In this document: positions 59,033-64,000 of the stretch, piece after piece
Numbering within the stretch: the first letter of the stretch is position 1
Layout: every line of letters begins with the position of its first letter
DNA from: Bacilli bacterium
GTDB lineage: Bacteria > Bacillota_I > Bacilli_A > ML615J-28 > CAG-698
DNA length: 64,000 bases
Reading direction: 5' to 3'
Assembly (NCBI GenBank): GCA_918272565.1
Contig: CAKJYW010000021.1
Span: forward strand, 1,294-65,293
Position numbers and translations under genes: made by a program
The notes under the pieces: generated by a model
What the model saw: only the letters and a program-made list of their open reading frames with translations
Told to the model about the DNA's origin: nothing
Database searches by the model: none

Positions 59033-62000
59033 ATGAAGAAATTTACTAATCTATTTATTATTTTTCTTGTTTTGTGTTTAGGATTATTCTTAGTTTCCTG
59101 TGGTGATAATCCAGCTGATAATCCTGATACTCCTATTGATCCTAGTGAGCAAGAGGAATTTAAAGCAGATCTAATAGTTAACACTACTAGTGTTGAATTG
59201 TTTGTTGGAGAGACATTTAAAGTTGAATATGAAGTTAAAAACATGGATGGTTTTACTTTAGATTATTCATCTAGTGATAGTAGCGTTGCTAGTATTGATA
59301 AAGGCGTTATTACTGGTAATGGTGTAGGTGAAGCAACAATTACTATTAAATTAAATGGAACTGATATTAGTAAAGACATAAAAGTTAAAGTAAATGGTGT
59401 TACTAAATTAACTTTATCTGATAAATCTTTATCATTGTTCTTAGGTGATACATATAAGTTACAACTAGAAAAAGAATATGCTGATAGCATTACTTGGGAA
59501 AGTAGTAATACTAGTGTAGCAACTGTTAAAGATGGTTTAGTTAGTGCAGTTGGTGTTGGTAAAGCGGTAATAACAGTTAAATCAGGTAGTGTAAAAGCAA
59601 GTTGTGAAGTTGAAGTAACTGAAGATGTTAAGATTTTGGTAAATGGTGCTAGTGAATTATACGTTGGTCGTTCTACAAAACTAACAGCATCACTTAAAGG
59701 CTTTAGTGGTGCATTTACTTGGGAATCAGAAGATTCATCAATTGCTGAAGTTGATAATAATGGTAATGTTACTGGTTTAAAAGCTGGTGTTGTAGCTATC
59801 ATTTGTTCTACTGAAGGCTATTCAACAAGCTTCGAGATCGTAGTTACAGCTGCCCCAACAATCGAAATTAGTGGTAAACAAAAAGCATACATTGGTCGTA
59901 GCATTCAATTAACTGCTAAAGTTACTAACACTGATGCCGAAGTTACTTGGGAAAGTAGAGACTCATCAATTGCAACTGTAAATGCTAATGGTTTAGTCAC
60001 AGGTGTTGCTCCTGGTACTGTATTTATTAATGCTAAAGTAGAAGATATTTCAGTATCATATAAGATTACAGTTGAAGAAGAACCTCAAGAAGTATTCTTA
60101 GATTATAATGGTGGTGTATCTACTGAGCTTTATAAAGCAAGTACACCAATTGCATCATTTACAATTAACCACTATGGTGGAACAAAGAATGATGGTTATG
60201 CTCATTTCTGGGCTAATGGATATGAAAGCAATATCTATTTAACAAATAGAGATGGTGACCCAACAGCTACTTTCTCTGATCGTATTTATATTGCTAAGAA
60301 TCCATATAGTGGATATTATGAAATAATTAACATTTTAACAAGTGGTGGCTCTAGTTGGCCAACTGCTGCTAATGGATTTGCCTATGATGCTGAATATGTA
60401 ATTACTATTTCTAATTCTTATTCAGGATATCGTTCAATTCATGAAAAAGTATTAAAACTTGAAGTTGGTCAAATCGTAATGATTGCTGCAAGTGATTGGA
60501 CTGGAATTAGTAATTCTACTCCTTCAAATGTTAAATTCTTTGGTAAAGAAATTGATGCCACAACTCTAACTATTAAGCGTAGTGAGTTTACAGCACTTCC
60601 TACACCTACAAGAGTTGGATTTGATTTTGTTGGTTGGTTTGATGAATTTGGAAATAAAGTTGAAAACTTAACTGAAGTTGATAAATATTATGAACTTACC
60701 GCTCATTGGGATGAACTTAACCCAGTAACTGATATCACTGTTAGTAAATTAAAACAAACAATGACAAAGGGCGATTCAGTTCAACTTGAAGCAAGCGTTG
60801 TTCCATCTAATGCTTATTTTAAAGAAGTATACTTCGCTTCATCTAACCCAGATGTAATCAAAGTAAGTGGAAGTGGTTATGTTACAGCCTCAAATAGTGG
60901 CGTAGCTACTCTAACAGTTACTGACTACATGGGTAGAGTAACAAAAGAATTCGAAATAACAGTTTATGCTGAATCAAGTGTTGATATTGAATTCCCTAAT
61001 GACTATAATGGCTTCTTAAAAGCTGGTGAAACTTTACAACTTGTTGGTAAGTACTATGGTAGAGGAGAATCAAGTTACGCTATTAGCTATTCTTCAAGTA
61101 ACGAGGGTGTTGCTACAATCGACTCAAATGGTCTACTTACTGCAATTAAAGATGGTGAAGTTGTAATAACTGTTACAGCTACAAGTTCAAGTAAATCATA
61201 TGAGGCTAAAGCAACTGTTACAGTTGGTGCTAAAACTGTAAGCGATAAAGTAGATGAAGTATTAGCTTTAATCCAAGAATATAATTTTGGTAGAGCACAA
61301 ACTATTAACTTCTGTATTTACAATGATGGTGATAAGAGATATTACCAAGCTAATTATGGTAGTGTAAATTATTACTTGTTTGATGCATTTAATGTTAATA
61401 CAGAATACACTGCTACAGCTGCTGCAAACAGCAGTGGACATAGAAGTAGAAGAACTACTGACCAAATTGAGTTCGTTACAGTTCATGACACAGCTACATT
61501 AACAGGAACTGTTGTTAATATTGCTAGTTACATGGCAACTGGATCAACATCAATTCACTATACAGTTGGTAATTATGCAACATATGCAGTTGTTCCTGAA
61601 ACTTATATCGCATATCATGCAGGTGATGGAACTGGAACTGCTTTCTACTGGACTAATACTAATGTTAAGGCACCAGATGATAGTACTCCTCCAAAGATTA
61701 CTGTTGTAAAGAATAGTAGTGGTAAATGGGTATTTGCAATTAATGGTGAATTAACAAATATCGCTCCATCAATTAGTAATGGTAGTAAGACAATTGCTGA
61801 TCCATCTAAAGGTCTCACATCTTTAGGTCCTGTTTGGAAGATTCAAAATGGTGAATATTACATTGGTAATACTCACGCTGACTTTAGCCAAACAGCAAGC
61901 GGTGTAATTGGTTCATATGGTGGAAATAACAACTCAATTGGTATTGAGATGTGCGTTAATACAACAAATGATATGTTTGATACATTACAAAGAACTGCCA

Positions 62001-62401
62001 AGTTAGTTGCTGATATATGTATTAGAAATAACCTTGACTTAACAAGAGTTAAACAACATAACACTTGGACAGGTAAGAATTGTCCTCAAGTAATACTTGC
62101 AGGTGATTACTGGGATCAATTTATGAAGATGGTTGAAATTGAATACATCTTAATGAAGAATTATAGTGATGCAAAGATTACATTTAAGTCAAATAATCCA
62201 GATATCGTTACAAATACTGGACGTATTATCCATGCTCCAGCCATCACAACAACTGTTTCATACGATGTAACAGTAACAATCGGTGGAAGCAGTAAGACTA
62301 TAACTCTATACACTGTAGTTCCTGGAACAACAACTTGGGAACAATGGAATGGATTATATCCTTCTAGTCGTAACTGGAATGATGGAAAATACATTAAATA
62401 A
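59033..62401 (+). CDS. large lipoprotein: multiple Big_2 domains, unknown module, Listeria-Bacteroides repeat, amidase_2 (PGRP-type) domain
   Basis: Lipobox LVSC. At least 5 Big_2 repeats ('SSN.SVATV..GLV.AVG.G.A.ITV'). 'GFDFVGWFDEFG'. Amidase_2 motifs 'FVTVHDTAT', 'IHYTV', 'GIEMC', 'HNTWTGKNCPQ'. Confidence 0.75.
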   Translation: MKKFTNLFIIFLVLCLGLFLVSCGDNPADNPDTPIDPSEQEEFKADLIVNTTSVELFVGETFKVEYEVKNMDGFTLDYSSSDSSVASIDKGVITGNGVGEATITIKLNGTDISKDIKVKVNGVTKLTLSDKSLSLFLGDTYKLQLEKEYADSITWESSNTSVATVKDGLVSAVGVGKAVITVKSGSVKASCEVEVTEDVKILVNGASELYVGRSTKLTASLKGFSGAFTWESEDSSIAEVDNNGNVTGLKAGVVAIICSTEGYSTSFEIVVTAAPTIEISGKQKAYIGRSIQLTAKVTNTDAEVTWESRDSSIATVNANGLVTGVAPGTVFINAKVEDISVSYKITVEEEPQEVFLDYNGGVSTELYKASTPIASFTINHYGGTKNDGYAHFWANGYESNIYLTNRDGDPTATFSDRIYIAKNPYSGYYEIINILTSGGSSWPTAANGFAYDAEYVITISNSYSGYRSIHEKVLKLEVGQIVMIAASDWTGISNSTPSNVKFFGKEIDATTLTIKRSEFTALPTPTRVGFDFVGWFDEFGNKVENLTEVDKYYELTAHWDELNPVTDITVSKLKQTMTKGDSVQLEASVVPSNAYFKEVYFASSNPDVIKVSGSGYVTASNSGVATLTVTDYMGRVTKEFEITVYAESSVDIEFPNDYNGFLKAGETLQLVGKYYGRGESSYAISYSSSNEGVATIDSNGLLTAIKDGEVVITVTATSSSKSYEAKATVTVGAKTVSDKVDEVLALIQEYNFGRAQTINFCIYNDGDKRYYQANYGSVNYYLFDAFNVNTEYTATAAANSSGHRSRRTTDQIEFVTVHDTATLTGTVVNIASYMATGSTSIHYTVGNYATYAVVPETYIAYHAGDGTGTAFYWTNTNVKAPDDSTPPKITVVKNSSGKWVFAINGELTNIAPSISNGSKTIADPSKGLTSLGPVWKIQNGEYYIGNTHADFSQTASGVIGSYGGNNNSIGIEMCVNTTNDMFDTLQRTAKLVADICIRNNLDLTRVKQHNTWTGKNCPQVILAGDYWDQFMKMVEIEYILMKNYSDAKITFKSNNPDIVTNTGRIIHAPAITTTVSYDVTVTIGGSSKTITLYTVVPGTTTWEQWNGLYPSSRNWNDGKYIK

Positions 62402-62409
62402 TAAGATTT

Positions 62410-62440
62410 GCTAGGTATTAAATATACCTAGCTTTTTTTA
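62410..62440 (+). terminator. rho-independent terminator
   Basis: 9-bp stem GCTAGGTAT / ATACCTAGC, then a T7 run. Confidence 0.8.
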
Positions 62441-62471
62441 TGTGATATAATAATAAAGTGGAGATGATAGA

Positions 62472-64000
62472 ATGAAATTTAGATATTTTTTATGCTTTAT
62501 TGCTTTGTTTTCTTTTCTTTTTGTTGGATGTAAAAATCCAAGTGAAGAAAAAGAACCAGAAGAAGATCCAATCGTTGATGATGGTATTAGAGAAGTAGAA
62601 CTTGATTTTAATGGTGGAACTTCCCTTGAACTTTATGAAGAAACTGATAGTGTTGCCTCATTTACTTTAAATAACTACAACACTAATAGCGGATCTTTTT
62701 GGAGTGGCGAATATGAAAGATGCGTCTTTATAACTGATAGATCTAATGACCCAGGTGCTCAGTTTTCAGATAGAATCTATATTGGTAAAAACCCATATAC
62801 TGGCTACTATGAAGTTGTTAGTGTCATTTTATCAGGAATTTCTAGTTGGCCAACAGTCGAAAAAGGTTTTGATTTTGATGCGGAATATGTAATAACTGTA
62901 TCTGAAAGTTATTCATCATATTACAAACTTCATCAAAAGATGTTAAATATCGAAGTAGGTCAAATTGTTATCATCGCAACAAGCACTCTTTCTTCAATTA
63001 GTAAAGAGGCTCCATCTAATGTTAAATTCTATAATAAAGAAATAGATGTTAATAAATTAGTATATGATGAGACTAACTTTACCGCTCTTCCTACCCCTAA
63101 AAGAATTGGATATGAATTCTTAGGATGGTTTAATGAAAGAGGAGAAAAAATTGAAGAAATTACTGAAATTGACTTTCATTACATTCTAAAAGCCATGTGG
63201 AAGGAACTTAATCCAGTAACTGATGTAAATGTTAGTGGAATAGAAGAAGAGATTCTTAAAGGCGAAAAGATGAATGTCAGTTTAAGTGTTGTGCCAAGTG
63301 ATGCTTTCTTTAAGAAGGTCTATATTACATCATCTAATAGTGACATACTTAAAATTGATGCTAGTGGCAATGTTGAGGCTATAAATTGTGGCGAAGCAGT
63401 ATTAACTGTCACTGATTACATGAATAAAGTCACAAAGACTTATAAAGTTAGTGTAATTCCTCACGAATCAATTGATATTAGTTTTTCAAAAGATTTTAAT
63501 GGAACATTAAGAGTTAATGAAAAAACAACAATTACCGGTAAGTTCTATGGTAAAAATGAAAATGATTATAACATTTCATATTCTTCAAGTAATCCTAATG
63601 TTATCGATTTAGCTTTAGATGGTGGCGTGGCAGAGCTTGTTGCTAAAAGTGAAGGAAGTAGCGTTATAACTACCAAAGCAACAAATGGTATAAATGAATT
63701 TAGTATTAGTTATACTGTTACTGTAAAAGGTGATATTGAAGATAGAATTGATGAAGTATTAGCACTACTATCAAAATATAATTTCTCAAAAGTTCAAACA
63801 ATCAATTTCAGTTTGTTTGATGATGCTGAAATGAAATATTATAAGTCAACATATGGTAGTGTTAACTATTATTTATTTGATGAATATAATGTAATTCGTA
63901 CATATGAAGCTCAAGCAGAAGCTAATCCAAGTTGTCGTAAGAATCGTAGGACTGTTGATACTATTGAATTTGTAACTGTTCACGATACCGCAACCCTAAT
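62472..64000 (+). CDS. paralogous lipoprotein (unknown module + Listeria-Bacteroides repeat + Big_2 + start of amidase_2 domain), 3' end cut by window edge
   Basis: Not in the ORF track because the frame stays open to the window end. Hand translation: MKFRYFLCFIALFSFLFVGCKNP... It is colinear with aa ~354 onward of the 59033 gene, up to '...IEFVTVHDTATL' at nt 64000. Confidence 0.75.
   Translation, partial: MKFRYFLCFIALFSFLFVGCKNPSEEKEPEEDPIVDDGIREVELDFNGGTSLELYEETDSVASFTLNNYNTNSGSFWSGEYERCVFITDRSNDPGAQFSDRIYIGKNPYTGYYEVVSVILSGISSWPTVEKGFDFDAEYVITVSESYSSYYKLHQKMLNIEVGQIVIIATSTLSSISKEAPSNVKFYNKEIDVNKLVYDETNFTALPTPKRIGYEFLGWFNERGEKIEEITEIDFHYILKAMWKELNPVTDVNVSGIEEEILKGEKMNVSLSVVPSDAFFKKVYITSSNSDILKIDASGNVEAINCGEAVLTVTDYMNKVTKTYKVSVIPHESIDISFSKDFNGTLRVNEKTTITGKFYGKNENDYNISYSSSNPNVIDLALDGGVAELVAKSEGSSVITTKATNGINEFSISYTVTVKGDIEDRIDEVLALLSKYNFSKVQTINFSLFDDAEMKYYKSTYGSVNYYLFDEYNVIRTYEAQAEANPSCRKNRRTVDTIEFVTVHDTATL

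Noticed and set aside
59263-59802. 179-aa minus-strand ORF inside the large amidase gene. Similar long antisense ORFs: 46224..46646, 26224..26601, 20529..20879, 51169..51528, 45627..45956, 37140..37448, 33303..33584.
   Set aside because: All lie entirely antisense to strongly supported conserved CDSs. They have low-complexity Ser/Leu/Thr/Ile-rich translations and no SD. They are best explained as stop-poor antisense frames of AT-rich, GAA/AAA-rich coding sequence.
1-64000. Mycoplasma-type genetic code (TGA = Trp), suggested by the AT-rich, Mollicute-like gene set.
   Set aside because: Long conserved genes (rpoB, rpoC, fusA, dnaE) are uninterrupted under the standard code, and conserved Trp positions use TGG. 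TGA serves as a genuine stop, for example at 12818-12820 and 6237-6239.
1-64000. Mobile elements, prophage remnants, restriction-modification systems, toxin-antitoxin pairs or known defence islands.
   Set aside because: I recognised no transposase, integrase, recombinase, terminal inverted repeat, phage structural gene, nuclease-helicase pair or small TA-like gene pair. The YtxK-like methyltransferase (8782..9732) has no partner nuclease and sits at its conserved position next to ackA.

Overview
This is an AT-rich (judged by eye, not computed) segment of bacterial chromosomal core. It reads with the standard code: TGA terminates genes and Trp is TGG. Gene content and order are typical of low-GC Bacillota or Acholeplasma/Erysipelotrichia-like lineages. 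I count 51 protein-coding loci, only 2 on the minus strand, plus one tRNA-Lys.

The backbone is the classical cysS-mrnC-rlmB-sigH-rpmG-secE-nusG-rplK-rplA-rplJ-rplL-ybxB(rsmC-like)-rpoB-rpoC-rpsL-rpsG-fusA-tuf block. It is preceded by copA, ackA, dnaE, pfkA, metG, rplM-rpsI and a fakA/degV pair. It is followed by tatD, two htrA-like proteases, ychF and cinA.

I found no transposase, integrase, phage gene, CRISPR array or recognisable defence or toxin-antitoxin system, so I cannot claim a clear-cut novel system. These points depart from an ordinary core region:
1. rplA is split by a frameshift, and a ZIP metal transporter is split by an in-frame TAA.
2. Two extra genes sit inside the conserved block. 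One is a signal-less beta-lactamase-fold protein with degenerate catalytic motifs between nusG and rplK. The other is a Big_2 + amidase_2 lipoprotein between rpoC and rpsL.
3. That amidase belongs to a three-member paralogous family. The other two members lie in tandem at the right edge and carry an uncharacterised ~150-aa module apparently nested inside a Listeria-Bacteroides-type repeat.
4. A terminator-bounded bicistronic pair of paralogous membrane-anchored surface proteins of unknown function lies upstream of dnaE.
5. A 34-bp tandem direct repeat is fused to a consensus promoter, next to an orphan minus-strand gene.

Every predicted extracellular protein here is anchored by a lipobox or a C-terminal TM helix; I saw no LPXTG, SLH or LysM module. 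All functional calls rest on motif recognition and synteny by eye, not on database searches.
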